Assembly: GCF_009914755.1 (NCBI RefSeq)
Contig: NC_060936.1
Length of the DNA: 64,000 nt
DNA from: the human T2T-CHM13v2.0 reference genome, Homo sapiens
Reading direction: 5' to 3' (one strand)
Shown: one piece after another, positions 39,727-55,024 of the stretch
How positions within the stretch are numbered: the stretch's first letter is position 1
How the letters are laid out: each line of letters begins with the position of its first letter
Program-made: the position numbers and the translations under genes
The notes under the pieces: model-generated
What the model was told of the DNA's origin: nothing
Databases searched by the model: none
The model's input: the letters and a program-made list of their open reading frames with translations, nothing else

Positions 39727-40799
39727 AGGTCAGACGGGCCTTTCAAATACAAGCAAATGCCAGCCTCCCTCCCCCAGGCATCGATCTCGTGAATAAATCA
39801 GCAATGACAGCCCCGACAGGCGGCTGGCGGGGAGCGGGTGGGGGCCATGGCCCTGGAGTGGGGGTCGCGGTGGGCCTGGGTCGGGGCCAAGGGAGCCACA
39901 TCCAGTGTGGGGGCTGCGGGCTCCAGGCCTGGTGTCTCTGGAGGGGGCCTCGGAACCGGAGGGGAAGACCCCACAGCGTCTGCGGAGCTCCCTGAGGCCC
40001 CATAGCACCTGTCATCACGGCTGCCAGGGAGTCAGCTCTGCAAAATCATCACAGACGTGGGGGGATGGCGTCTCTCCCTCCCCCAGCCCTTTCCCCTTCC
40101 TTCCTTCCCACCTTCTTTCCTTTCTTCTATCTTTCCTTTCAAGCTCCAAACTTGCACTTTGATTTCCTTCAAGAGTCCACCCTTATCTGTACCTGGTTAA
40201 AATAATCAGCGAAAACCAAAGCCATCCCGAAGATCGCCCAGCCTCGCAAGGTGTAAGGTTTCGGGGCATCAAGCCTGGCCTCGGCCAGCCACGCCTCCTG
40301 GGGGTCTCCCGTGTCTAAGTCTTGCTGTGCCCCCAATTTCAAGTCAGTGGTGATCCCTGTGGTCTATCCTGGGCATGGCGGCCCCTCATGCCCGTTTTCC
40401 CAGGGTTGGTTTGGCTGTGGTCTTTGTGGCATCGGGATGGGAAAGCCATGTGGGTGCTGGTCGTGTGGCCTCCCACAGCCTGGCTTCCTCCCGCAGGCCC
40501 CACAGCTGTTCTTATCCTCATCCAATCTGGTAACCCTCGTATCCTGGATCTCTCCGGGTGCTCCATGGCCCATGGGATTCCGCCCAGGTCCTCTTCTCCA
40601 CTGGACTTCTCCTCCATCTCTCAGGGAGCCCAGGGCTGCCCTGACCCCAGTGTGGAGCGGCCAGGTCTCTCGGGACTGTGGCTGCTGAGGCTGTGCAGGC
40701 AGTGTGGGACCCAGGGCTGGTTGGCTGTGTCCTGACCTGGAGTCTGGCTGCCTTCACGTGGAGCTCCTGTATCTGCCGTGTACCCTCAGCTGCCCCAGG

Positions 40800-41203
40800 C
40801 CACCTGATCACACCCGTCCACACCTGTTCATACCTGTCCACACCTGCTCACACCCATCCACACCAGTTCACAGCTGCTCACACCTGCCCAAACCTGCTCA
40901 CAGCTGCCTGCACCTGCCTACACCTTCTGACATCTGCTTATACCGTACACAGGTGCTCACACCTGCCCAAACACCTGCCTACACCTTCTGACACCTGCTT
41001 TTACCTGTTCACTGCTGCTCACACCTGCCCATACCTGTTTACACCTGCACACAGCTGCCCACACCTGCTGACACCTGCATACAGCTGCCTGTACCTACCT
41101 ACGCCTACTCACAACTGCATATACCTGCTCACACCTGCTAACACCTGCCAGTAACTGCTCACACCACACACCTGCTCACACCACACACCTGCCCACAGCT
41201 GCC
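40800..41203. repeat. Degenerate ~10-bp repeat (ACACCTGCTC)n
   Basis: About 40 diverged CACACCTGCT/CACAGCTGCC units. Confidence 0.85.
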
Positions 41204-42754
41204 TCTGCAGGAGATGCCCAGTGTGGTGGTTCGTGGGTGGGGGATGGGGTCCCCTCCCTTCTGCTCAGGCAAAGGAAATATGTGCTCAGTTCGGGGCCAC
41301 CTGTGCAGAATTGGTGGGGCCTGACGCAGCCTCACCACGTGGCATGGAAGCAAGCCCGGGACAGCGCTTGACCCGAGCGGACAGGCATCTGCCAGGCCTG
41401 CGGTGGAGGTTGGGGGGTGGAACCCTCCATCTGTGGCATGTGACCCAAAACCTCTGCATGAGGGACCCCCGTGCCAGGCCTGCCCCTGCTGCCCTCCAGC
41501 TTCAGGGCCTCTACCTCTCCCCAGCGTGCGGCCTAGACCCAGGCCCTCAGGAAACATCTGTGACCCCAGCAGACGGGGAGCCAGGCAAGGACTCTGCAGT
41601 GGGTGAGCCAAGGTCAGGTGGAGGTCACGTGTGTTTCCTGTGGCTGCCGTCCGCCACGAATTCCACAGCTCGGTGGCTTGAAGGACATAGTCATGACCTT
41701 ACAGCAACGAGCCTGGCTGATGCTTCCAAGGCTAAGGACGCGGGCAGGGGCTGCCCAGGACCCAGGAGAGAGGGGAGAGAGGGGGCGTCATCCCAGAGCC
41801 CATGAGGGACACGGCCGGCTGCTGGGTCCCTCACGGCGGAGACCGAGGACTCCCCTTTGCAGGTAGCTCTGGGGTCACTGGCGAGGGGGACAGAGCTGGA
41901 TGGGGGGCTTCAGGAGGGGCCGGGCAGGGGGACGTGGAGACGGCGCACTCATAACCCTACTACGGCTTCCTGTAAGGGGGAGTGGAGGCCAGGGCAGCAG
42001 CCGCAGGGGCGACATGGTGTCAAGGTCTCCTGGACATTGTGCCACTGCTGGTGCCAGAGAGACCACGGTTTTGCAGATGCCCAGGACAGGCCAGAGGGCG
42101 GGGCCGTGGCATGGGGAGGGGCTGCCCTAGGGATGGGGACTCCTGGCCTGGCTGACCTGCACCTGGGCCAGTGGAAGGCGAAGGTGGGCAGGCCTGAGTG
42201 TGAGTCTCACATCCATCTGCTGCGTGGCCCTGGGCAGGTCACTCAGCCTCTCTGGGCCTCAGCTCCTCCCCAGGGCTGTGGGAGGGGCCAGGAGAATGAC
42301 AGCCTGATTCCTCCGCCCCCTCATCTGCAGGCCACCCGCCCAGGGACGTGCTACCATTTACCTAACACACGTCTTTAAATCCACCCAAAGGATAACTGCA
42401 TGAATTTTAACAGGAAACTCTTTATCACTGCCTTAGGAGAGGACCATTATCTCTTGCCAAAAATGAGAGATAACTGTACAAATAAATACAATAAGATACA
42501 CACCGCAGTTAAAGTGGTTGGATACCACAGTCTGGAAGGCTTTGTCGTCTGATGGCCGCTCGAAAGGTGAGACTGTTCAGCATCAGAGGTGCTCTAGAAC
42601 CTGGCCTAGATTTTCCTCTTGAAATAATCAGAAAGCTTAGAAGAGAACGGGGGTACTTTTCAGGATGAGGGAGAATTTTTTATCTTCATGTGGGGGTGGG
42701 GGCCACACAGCATTGACATCTGTCAGAACCCAGGAGCTGTGTGGGGGTGGGGGA

Positions 42755-43468
42755 CAGGCAGAGAGAGAGACAGAGAGACACAGAGACAGAGAAAGAGACA
42801 CATACACTGAGAGACTGAGAGACAGAGAGACACAGAGACAGAGACACAGAGAGACAGAGAGAGACACACACTGAGAGACTGAGAGAGAGAGACAGAGTCA
42901 GAGACAGAGTCAGAGACAGAGAGAGAGACACACAGAGACAGAGACACAGAGACAGAAAGAGAGACACACACTGAGAGACTGAGAGACAGAGAGACAGAGT
43001 CAGAGACAGAGAGGCAGAGAGAGACAGAGAGACAAAGAGACAGAGATACAGAGAGACAGAGAGAGACACACACACTGAGAGACTGAGATACAGAGAGACA
43101 GAGTCAGAGACAGTCAGAGACAGAGAGACACAGAGACAGAGACACAGAGAGACAGAGAGAGACACACACACTGAGAGACTGAGAGACAGAGAGACAGAGT
43201 CAGAGACAGAGTCAGAGACAGAGAGAGACAGAGAGACAAAGAGACAGAGATACAGACAGACTGAGACAAAGAGACACAGAGAGACAAAAAGACTGGGAGA
43301 GACAGAGACAGAGACATGGAGAGAATGAGGCAGAGACTGGGAGGCAGAGACAGATGCAGAGACAGAGATAAAGAGACACAGAAAGACTGAGAGAGACAAA
43401 GAGAGACAGACACAAGGAGATAGAGTGACACAGAGAGACAGACCACAGAGAGAGATGCAGAGAGAGGG
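42755..43468. repeat. (GAGACA)-rich low-complexity tract
   Basis: Purine-rich simple repeat. Confidence 0.92.
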
Positions 43469-44354
43469 GAATCATTTCTTGTGAGGGGCCTGGCCTCAGG
43501 CAGCCGCCTGCCTGGGAGCTGCTAGGCTGTCTGGTGTCTGGGGAGAGGAGTGATCAGAGGTGAAGAGTGGCTCCCCAACCCAGGCCCGCCGCTCTAAACA
43601 CAGGAAGATCCACAGTCCTTGGGCAGTTTATAGAACTGCTCCCCTTGGGGCCTATCAGGATGTGTGGTCTTAAATCATTGCTGTTTAATATTCAACAGTT
43701 GCTCCACTGAGAACAAGCGTATTTAGGGGACGTTGCTTGAGAGGAATCTCCTCTCTAAATGGCGGGGTTGAGTGGGGTGGTCGCCCTACAGGTCAGGGAT
43801 CTGGAATATGACCAAGTCAGGCGCCGCCATCGGGCTGGGGGTCACCGTGCCCCTCCCTGTAGCCCCGGCCCGGCTCTGGCCTCTGGCCGGCAGACTCCAG
43901 GGCTGCAGGGAGACCCCACTGTACACCCCATGCTGGCCAGGTGGCTGGTGAAAGGGACCCTTTGGCTTCCAGCCTCCACTTGTTCAGCGCAGACATGGCC
44001 TCAGAACCAGCCCTCAGAACGGAGCAAGAATAGCCGTGCCCAGCTCGGACCCCGGGCGGCACTCACTCCAGTCGCTGGCAGTGCTGCTGTGGGCCTGGCG
44101 TGGCCCCAGGGCTCAGCTGTGGGCTCCGTGCGTGGCCCCGGGGCTCGGCTGTGGGCTCCGTGCGTGGCCCCGGGGCTCGGCTGTGCTCTATGGGCCTCGG
44201 ACCTGCTCCTCTTCACTCTCTGCCGTGTTTTTCTTCCTCTTTTATTCTGTTTATAATTTACCTTATCTTGCTGGAACCCTTCTGTTTCCTGGGAAGTTAC
44301 CAGAACCTGATCACCAGCAGAATTGGAATGTGCAGTATGATCTATACATGTTTA

Positions 44355-47300
44355 CACACATGCCACACACCCTTCCCAAGGCCGTCCCTATACCCATTAC
44401 ACACACACCACACCCCCTTCCCAGGGCCGTCCCTATACCCATTACACACACACCACACACCCTTCCCGGGGCCCTCCCTATCCCCATTACACACACGCCA
44501 CACCCCCTTCCCGGGGCCCTCCCTATACCCATTACACACACGCCACACCCCCTTCCCGGGGCCCTCCCTATACCCATTACACACACAACACACACCCTTC
44601 CAGGGGCCCTCCCTATACCCATTACACACACGCCACACACCCTTCCCGGGGCCCTCCCTATACCCATTACACACACAACACACACCCTTCCAGGGGCCCT
44701 CCCTATACCCATTACACACACGCCACACCCCCTTCCCAGGGCCCTCCCTATCCCCATTACACACACAACACACCCCCTTCCAGGGGCCCTCCCTATACCC
44801 ATTACACACACGCCACACCCCCTTCCCGGGGCCCTCCCTATACCCATTACACACACAACACACCCCCTTCCCGGGGCCCTCCCTATACCCATTACACACA
44901 CGCCACACCCCCTTCCCGGGGCCCTCCCTATACCCATTACACACACGCCACACACCCTTCCCGGGACCCTCCCTATACCAATTACACACACAACACACAC
45001 CCTTCCAGGGGCCCTCCCTATACCCATTACACACATGCCACACCCCCTTCCCAGGGCCCTCCCTATCCCCATTACACACACAACACACCCCCTTCCAGGG
45101 GCCCTCCCTATACCCATTACACACACGCCACACCCCCTTCCCGGGGCCCTCCCTATACCCATTACACACACACCACACACCCTTCCAGGGGCCCTCCCTA
45201 TACCCATTACACACACGCCACACACCCTTCCCTTGGCCGTCCCTATACCCATTACACACACGCCACACCACCTTCCCGGGGCCCTCCCTATACCCATTAC
45301 ACACACGCCACACACCCTTACAGGGGCCCTCCCTATACCCATTACACACACGCCACACCCCCTTCCTGGGGACCTCCCTATACCCATTACACACACGCCA
45401 CACACCCTTCCCGGGGCCCTCCCTATACCCATTACACACACGCCACACCCCCTTCCCAGGGACCTCCCTATCCCCATTACACACACGCCACACCCCCTTC
45501 CCGGGGCCCTCCCTATACCCATTACACACACGCCACACACCCTTCCCGGGGCCCTCCCTATCCCCATTAAACACACAACACACACCCTTCCCGGGGCCCT
45601 CCCTATACCCATTACACACACAACACACACTTCCCGGGGCCCTCCCTATCCCCATTAAACACACAACACACCCCCTTCCCGGGGCCCTCCCTATACCCAT
45701 TACACACACGCCACACACCCTTCCCGGGGCCGTCCCTATACCCATTACACACACACCACACCCCCTTCCCGGGGCCCTCCCTATACCCATTACACACACG
45801 CCACACCCCCTTCCCAGGGACCCTCCCTATACCCATTACACACACAACACACACTTCCCGGGGCCCTCCCTATACCCATTACACACACAACACACCCCCT
45901 TCCCGGGGCCCTCCCTATCCCCATTAAACACACAACACACCCCCTTCCCAGGGCCCTCCCTATACCCATTACACACACAACACACACTTCCCGGGGCCCT
46001 CCCTATACCCATTACACACACGCCACACACCCTTCCCGGGGCCCTCCCTATACCCATTACACACACGCCACACCCCCTTCCCGGGGCCCTCCCTATACCC
46101 ATTACACACACACCACACCCCCTTCCCGGGGCCCTCCCTATACCCATTACACACACAACACACACCCTTCCCGGGGCCCTCCCTATACCCATTACACACA
46201 CGCCACACCCCCTTCCCGGGGCCCTCCCTATACCAATTACACACACGCCACACACCCTTCCCGGGGCCCTCCCTATACCCATTACACACACAACACACAC
46301 CCTTCCCGGGGCCCTCCCTATACCCATTACACACACACCACACCCCCTTCCCGGGGCCCTCCCTATACCCATTACACACACAACACACCCCCTTCCCGGG
46401 GCCTTCCCTATACCCATTACACACACGCCACACCCCCTTCCAGGGGCCCTCCCTATACCCATTACACACACAACACACCCCCTTCCCGGGGCCCTCCCTA
46501 TACCCATTACACACACGCCACACCCCCTTCCCGGAGCCCTCCCTATACCCATTACACACACACCACACCCCCTTCCAGGGGCCCTCCCTATACCCATTAC
46601 ACACACAACACACACCCTTCCCGGGGCCCTCCCTATACCCATTACACACACACCACACACCCTTCCCGGGGCCCTCCCTATACCCATTACACACACGCCA
46701 CACCCCCTTCCCGGGGCCCTCCCTATACCCATTACACACACACCACACCCCCTTCCAGGGGCCCTCCCTATACCCATTACACACACAACACACACCCTTC
46801 CCGGGGCCCTCCCTATACCCATTACACACACGCCACACACCCTTCCCGGGGCCCTCCCTATACCCATTACACACACAACACACACCCTTCCCGGGGCCCT
46901 CCCTATACCCATTACACACACACCACACCCCCTTCCCGGGGCCCTCCCTATACCCATTACACACACGCCACACCCCCTTCCCGGAGCCCTCCCTATACCC
47001 ATTACACACACGCCACACCCCCTTCCAGGGGCCCTCCCTATACCCATTACACACACAACACACCCCCTTCCCGGGGCCTTCCCTATACCCATTACACACA
47101 CGCCACACCCCCTTCCAGGGGCCCTCCCTATACCCATTACACACACAACACACCCCCTTCCCGGGGCCTTCCCTATACCCATTACACACACGCCACACCC
47201 CCTTCCAGGGGCCCTCCCTATACCCATTACACACACGCCACACCCCCTTCCCGGGGCCCTCCCTATACCCATTACACACACAACACACACACTTCCCGGA

Positions 47301-49955
47301 GCCCTCCCTATACCCATTACACACACGCCACACACCCTTCCAGGGGCCCTCCCTATCCCCATTACACACACAACACACCCCCTTCCCGGGGCCTTCCCTA
47401 TACCCATTACACACACGCCACACCCCCTTCCAGGGGCCCTCCCTATACCCATTACACACACGCCACACCCCCTTCCCAGGGCCCTCCCTATACCCATTAC
47501 ACACACGCCACACCCCCTTCCAGGGGCCCTCCCTATACCCATTACACACACAACACACCCCCTTCCCGGGGCCCTCCCTATACCCATTACACACACGCCA
47601 CACCCCCTTCCCGGAGCCCTCCCTATACCCATTACACACACGCCACACCCCCTTCCCGGGGCCCTCCCTATACCCATTACACACACAACACACACACTTC
47701 CCGGAGCCCTCCCTATACCCATTACACACACGCCACACACCCTTCCAGGGGCCCTCCCTATACCCATTAGACACACAACACACCCCCTTCCCGGGGCCTT
47801 CCCTATACCCATTACACACACGCCACACCCCCTTCCAGGGGCCCTCCCTATACCCATTACACACACGCCACACCACCTTCCCGGGGCCCTCCCTATACCC
47901 ATTACACACACGCCACACCCCCTTCCCAGGGACCCTCCCTATACCCATTACACACACGCCACACCCCCTTCCAGGGGCCCTCCCTATACCCATTACACAC
48001 ACGCCACGCCCCCTTCCCGGGGCCCTCCCTATACCCATTACACACACGCCACGCCCCCTTCCCGGGGCCCTCCCTATACCCATTACACACACGCCACACA
48101 CCCTTCCCGGGGCCCTCCCTATACCCATTACACACACGCCACGCCCCCTTCCCGGGGCCCTCCCTATACCCATTACACACACGCCACGCCCCCTTCCCGG
48201 GGCCCTCCCTATACCCATTACACACACGCCACACCCCCTTCCCGGGGCCCTCCCTATACCCATTACACACACGCCACACCCCCTTCCCGGGGCCCTCCCT
48301 ATACCCATTACACACACGCCACACCCCCTTCCCGGGGCCTTCCCTATACCCATTACACACACGCCACACCCCCTTCCCGGGGCCCTCCCTATACCCATTA
48401 CACACACGCCACACCCCCTTCCCGGGGCCCTCCCTATACCCATTACACACACACCACACCCCCTTCCCGGGGCCCTCCCTATACCCATTACACACACGCC
48501 ACACCCCCTTCCCGGGGCCCTCCCTATACCCATTACACACACGCCACACCCCCTTCCCGGGGCCTTCCCTATACCCATTACACACACGCCACACCCCCTT
48601 CCCGGGGCCTTCCCTATACCCATTACACACACAACACACACCCTTCCCGGGGCCCTCCCTATACCCATTACACACACGCCACACCCCCTTCCCGGGGCCT
48701 TCCCTATACCCATTACACACACGCCACACCCCCTTCCCGGGGCCCTCCCTATACCCATTACACACACACCATACCCCCTTCCCGGGGCCCTCCCTATACC
48801 CATTACACACACGCCACACCCCCTTCCCGGGGCCTTCCCTATACCCATTACACACACGCCACACCCCCTTCCCGGGGCCCTCCCTATACCCATTACACAC
48901 ACAACACACACCCTTCCCGGGGCCCTCCCTATACCCATTACACACACGCCACACCCCCTTCCCGGGGCCTTCCCTATACCCATTACACACACGCCACACC
49001 CCCTTCCCGGGGCCCTCCCTATACCCATTACACACACGCCACACCCCCTTCCCGGGGCCCTCCCTATACCCATTACACACACGCCACACCCCCTTCCCGG
49101 GGCCCTCCCTATACCCATTACACACACGCCACACCCCCTTCCCGGGGCCCTCCCTATACCCATTACACACACGCCATACCCCCTTCCCGGGGCCCTCCCT
49201 ATACCCATTACACACACGCCACACCCCCTTCCCGGGGCCCTCCCTATACCCATTACACACACGCCGCACCCCCTTCCCGGGGCCTTCCCTATACCCATTA
49301 CACACACGCCACACCCCCTTCCCGGGGCCCTCCCTATACCCATTACACACACGCCACACCCCCTTCCCGGGGCCCTCCCTATACCCATTACACACACGCC
49401 ACACCCCCTTCCCGGGGCCCTCCCTATACCCATTACACACACGCCACACCCCCTTCCCGGGGCCCTCCCTATACCCATTACACACACGCCACACCCCCTT
49501 CCCGGGGCCCTCCCTATACCCATTACACACACGCCACACCCCCTTCCCGGGGCCCTCCCTATACCCATTACACACACGCCACACCCCCTTCCCGGGGCCC
49601 TCCCTATACCCATTACACACACGCCACACACCCTTCCCGGGGCCCTCCCTATACCCATTACACACACGCCACACCCCCTTCCCGGGGCCCTCCCTATACC
49701 CATTACACACACGCCACACCCCCTTCCCGGGGCCCTCCCTATACCCATTACACACACGCCACACCCCCTTCCCGGGGCCCTCCCTATACCCATTACACAC
49801 ACGCCACACACCCTTCCCGGGGCCCTCCCTATACCCATTACACACACGCCACACCCCCTTCCCGGGGCCCTCCCTATACCCATTACACACACAACACACA
49901 CTTCCCGGGGCCCTCCCTATACCCATTACACACACACCACACACCCTTCCCGGGG
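44355..49955. repeat. 45-bp VNTR, ~124 copies (5.6 kb)
   Basis: CCTTCCCGGGGCCCTCCCTATACCCATTACACACACGCCACACCC. Confidence 0.98.
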
Positions 49956-50863
49956 GGCCATCAGGGCCCCCAGTGGCCTCAGTGTCCAGTCCTCCCCGTC
50001 CTCCGGAGCTCTCTCTGGTGGGGGCCCCAGTCCTCCTCGTCTTCCGGAGCTCTCTCTCTCTGGTGGGGGCCCCACCTGGCCGACCTGAAGGTCAGGGCAT
50101 CCACTCTTTGGGGAAACGAAGTTGGGTTCGTAGGGGCAGCTCTGGTGTTGTTGGTCCTTCCCTCCAGACACCACGTCTCTTCGTCTGGCTCCCAGGAGAC
50201 CCCAGTTCTATTTCTATTTCTCCCGCCTCTGTCATCCCCTCAAACTGCTTCTGCATAGCCCCCACTCTGCCTCTCAGGCTTTAACCCCAACTGTGAGCCC
50301 CACCTGGCTGTCCTGGGGCCACTGAACTCCACGTGTCCATCGTGGCTCTCCCCAACATGCCACCACGCACCGGCTGGCATTCTGTCCCTATGAAGGCCCT
50401 GCCTGCCTGGGGACTGGGAATCAGCCGCTGTCCCAGCCCACCCGTCAATCACCCATCAATCACCGGCCAATCACCCGTCAATCACCGTCTCTTGCCAGCT
50501 TTGCATCCTAAATATTTTTTGGAAGAGTCCCGTGTCCGCCACACCCCACAAGAAAGAAAGTTCACCCTACTGGGCTCAACAGTAAAGATGTTAATGAAGG
50601 GAAGCTTTAGGGATGTGTGGTTAGGGGCATAGGGACAGACGGGGGCAGTGCAACCTCAGGGGCGGCAACGTGCAGTTCTCGACACCGGCAGAGTGAGGCC
50701 TCGGGCCGGCCACTCGGACCACGGTGCAGCTTCCAACAACCTGTGGTGCCTCCACGGGCCAAGACAGCCTGCGGTGCCTCCACGGGCCAAGAGCACAAGG
50801 TGGGAGGAGGGAAGGAGCTGGGGGACTGGAAAGCGGTGGTCAGCATCTGAGGGCCCGGCAGGG

Positions 50864-51955
50864 CTGGGGCTAGACGGGGGATGTGGTGATGGGGCTGGAC
50901 GGGGGGGCGTGGTGATGGGGCTGGACGGGGGCGTGGTGATGGGGCTGGACGGGGGATGTGGTGATGGGGCTGGACGGGGGGGCGTGGTGATGGGGCTGGA
51001 CGGGGGCGTGGTGATGGGGCTGGATGGGGGCGTGGTGATGGGGCTGGACGGGGGGGCGTGGTGATGGGGCTGGACGGGGGCGTGGTGATGGGGCTGGACG
51101 GGGGCGTGGTGATGGGGCTGGACGGGGGCGTGGTGATGGGGCTGGACGGGGGCGTGGTGATGGGGCTGGATGGGGGCGTGGTGATGGGGCTGGATGGGGG
51201 CGTGGTGATGGGGGCTGGACGGGGGGGCGTGGTGATGGGGCTGGACGGGGGCGTGGTGATGGGGCTGGACGGGGGCGTGGTGATGGGGCTGGATGGGGGC
51301 GTGGTGATGGGGCTGGACGGGGGGGCGTGGTGATGGGGCTGGATGGGGGGGCGTGGTGATGGGGCTGGACGGGGGCGTGGTGATGGGGCTGGACGGGTGC
51401 GTGGTGATGGGGGCTGGACGGGGGGGCGTGGTGATGGGGCTGGACGGGGGCGTGGTGATGGGGCTGGACGGGGGCGTGGTGATGGGGCTGGACGGGGGCG
51501 TGGTGATGGGGCTGGACGGGGGCGTGGTGATGGGGCTGGATGGGGGCGTGGTGATGGGGCTGGATGGGGGCGTGGTGATGGGGGCTGGACGGGGGGGCGT
51601 GGTGATGGGGCTGGACGGGGGCGTGGTGATGGGGCTGGACGGGGGCGTGGTGATGGGGCTGGATGGGGGCGTGGTGATGGGGCTGGATGGGGGCGTGGTG
51701 ATGGGGGCTGGACGGGGGGGCGTGGTGATGGGGCTGGACGGGGGCGTGGTGATGGGGCTGGACGGGGGCGTGGTGATGGGGCTGGATGGGGGCGTGGTGA
51801 TGGGGCTGGACGGGGGGGCGTGGTGATGGGGCTGGATGGGGGGGCGTGGTGATGGGGCTGGACGGGGGCGTGGTGATGGGGCTGGACGGGGGCGTGGTGA
51901 TGGGGCTGGACGGGCAGCATGGTGATGGAGTTGGACGGGGGCGTGGTGATGGGGA
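50864..51955. repeat. ~24-bp G-rich VNTR, ~45 copies
   Basis: GTGGTGATGGGGCTGGACGGGGGC with variable G-run lengths. Confidence 0.97.
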
Positions 51956-52264
51956 CAGGTGAGTCTCCTGTCCCTCACCAGGAGAACTGGGTTCTGGTTC
52001 TCAGCCTGTCTCCCACCGTAGAGCAACCTCTGACCGCCAGACAGGACACCAAGGTGAAAACTTTCAAGCCCCCAGGACGGGAGAGAGGTCAGGGGGAGAG
52101 GTCGGGGGAGAGGTGGCAGGGAGGGCAGGGAGGTCAGGGAGTGGAGTAAACGCTGGGCGCGGCCACAGCTGTGCCTTGTCAGGGGATGAAGGTGAAAGAC
52201 AGAACCCGCGGTGACACAGGCTCCCCTGCCCCGCGGAGGAGTCAGGCCATCAGAAAGGCCCCTA

Positions 52265-52969
<705 letters not shown>

Positions 52970-53627
52970 TCACTGACGGTGGCTCTGTCCCCAGGACCAC
53001 ATCTGCTGGGTGCCCTCCACCCCAGGGGTCCCGTCCTCCCTCGCTCTTCGGCCTCGGTGGTGGCTGCGCACTGCCGGTCCCCGGCACCCTCCCCAGGCTG
53101 TCCTCCTCGTCTCTGCGGTGCGTTCCATCCCTCTGAGGGCCTCGGCTTTCTTAGGCCCCTGACTGCTGGCCTGGTCTCCTGCCCCACAGGGTGAGCATCA
53201 GGGGAGACGGTGAGAGAAGCCGACACCCGCGTGGGTGCGTTCAATCCACGGCCGACCCGCCAAGGTCTGGTGTTTAACAATCACAGCAGTTAAGGGAAGT
53301 CAGAATATTAAAGAACCTGCCAGATTAACTTCCAGCTTCCATTTTAAAAATGTGTAATTGAGGATTGATTCTAGATGTGCAGTTTAAAATCGGACAGGAT
53401 GAGAGGATTAAAGGCACCTGCAAACAGTCCTGACATCCTTCACAGATCTGGTCTCAATTCAATTTATTAAACTAGATATTTTAAAGCACTTGGTCGGGGG
53501 GATTTCTGGTATGATATCAGGCATTCAAAGTGATTAAAAGAAAATAAAACACTATGTTTGTAAGTGCCATTTTTAAAAGGCTCAAGGGACTTTAAAGGCA
53601 CAAAAGCAGTGAATTCTGTTTCACGGT

Positions 53628-53938
<311 letters not shown>

Positions 53939-54224
53939 CTCACAGTATTATTTAATCTGCCCAACCTGAGTTAAACAATCGCGGCCACGGGGAAGGAGGC
54001 CGTTTTATTGATTGAATTTGTGTCCACGATAGTACGATCTTTAAAGTGAACCGCAAGCTTACAGCACAGGTTTTGAAAGGTGCAACTTAATAAACTACAT
54101 ATAAATTTTTAAAACTAGCCTTAACTCTTTTCTGTGAATAGAAGCCCCATGGGCAAAACACAAAGGAAACCAAACGAAACTCCAAAATAAAAAACCCGCA
54201 ACCTCCAAAATAAAAACCTAAGAA

Positions 54225-54355
54225 GCAGAAGCCCGGCCGAGCTCAGAGCCTCACACGGACACGGTCCCGGGAGGCAGAAGCCCGGCCCAGCTCAGAGCCT
54301 CACACAGACACAGTCCCGGGAGGCAGAAGCCCGGCCGAGCTCAGAGCCTCACACC
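54225..54355. repeat. 49-bp tandem repeat x~2.7
   Basis: GCAGAAGCCCGGCCGAGCTCAGAGCCTCACAC.. at 54225, 54274 and 54323. Confidence 0.88.
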
Positions 54356-54659
54356 CACCCTCTGTGCCGAAGGACCCACCTTTCCAAGGTCCCAATCCAT
54401 TGTCACCTGGGGGCAATTCATAAACAGCAAAACAAAGGGCATGAAAAATAAAGTAGACATGGGAAATGCCATCTTTTGTGATTCTACAAAATTTCTCAGT
54501 GATGTTGCCACTGAGCTTCTAGCAAGACTCAGGGTAGCCCCATCTCACTGTCCCCAACTCCAGCTCAGGGACCCTGGGAGCCTTGGCCGCCCAGCTTGGC
54601 TTCCAGCTGCCTCAGCCTAGGCTCTGGAGAGGGCTCAGTGCGCTGAGCAGGAGCCCTGG

Positions 54660-55024
54660 ACCTCACCCTGTCCCTAGACCATGGCTGCACTCGCCCTCAC
54701 CCTGTCCCCGGACACTGCAGCCACACTCGCCCTCACCCCATCCCCAGACGCCATGGCCGCACTCGCCCTCACCCCGTCCCCGGATGCCGTGGCCGCACTC
54801 GCCCTCACCCCGTCCCCAGACACCGCGGCCTCACTCGCCCTCACCCCGTCCCCAGATGCCGTGGCCGCACTCGCCCTCACCCCATCCCCGGACGCTGCAG
54901 CCACACTCGCCCTCACCCCGTCCCCGGACACCGCGGCCTCACTCGCCCTCATCCTGTTCCCAGACGCTGTGGCCTCACTCGCCCTCACCCTGTCCCTGGA
55001 CACCGGGGCCGCACTCACCCTCAT
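54660..55024. repeat. 36-bp VNTR (~10 units) starting at the exon donor site
   Basis: CACTCGCCCTCACCCCGTCCCCRGAYRCYGYGGCC, period 36 (54688, 54724...). The unit overlapping the exon end carries the true donor. Confidence 0.95.

Noticed and set aside
44100-50258. 2052-aa, 1310-aa and other long ORFs
   Set aside because: Translations of a stop-free 45-bp VNTR, open in several frames on both strands. No domain or splice context.
50607-52026. Pro-rich 437/456-aa ORFs
   Set aside because: Translation of the 24-bp G-rich VNTR.
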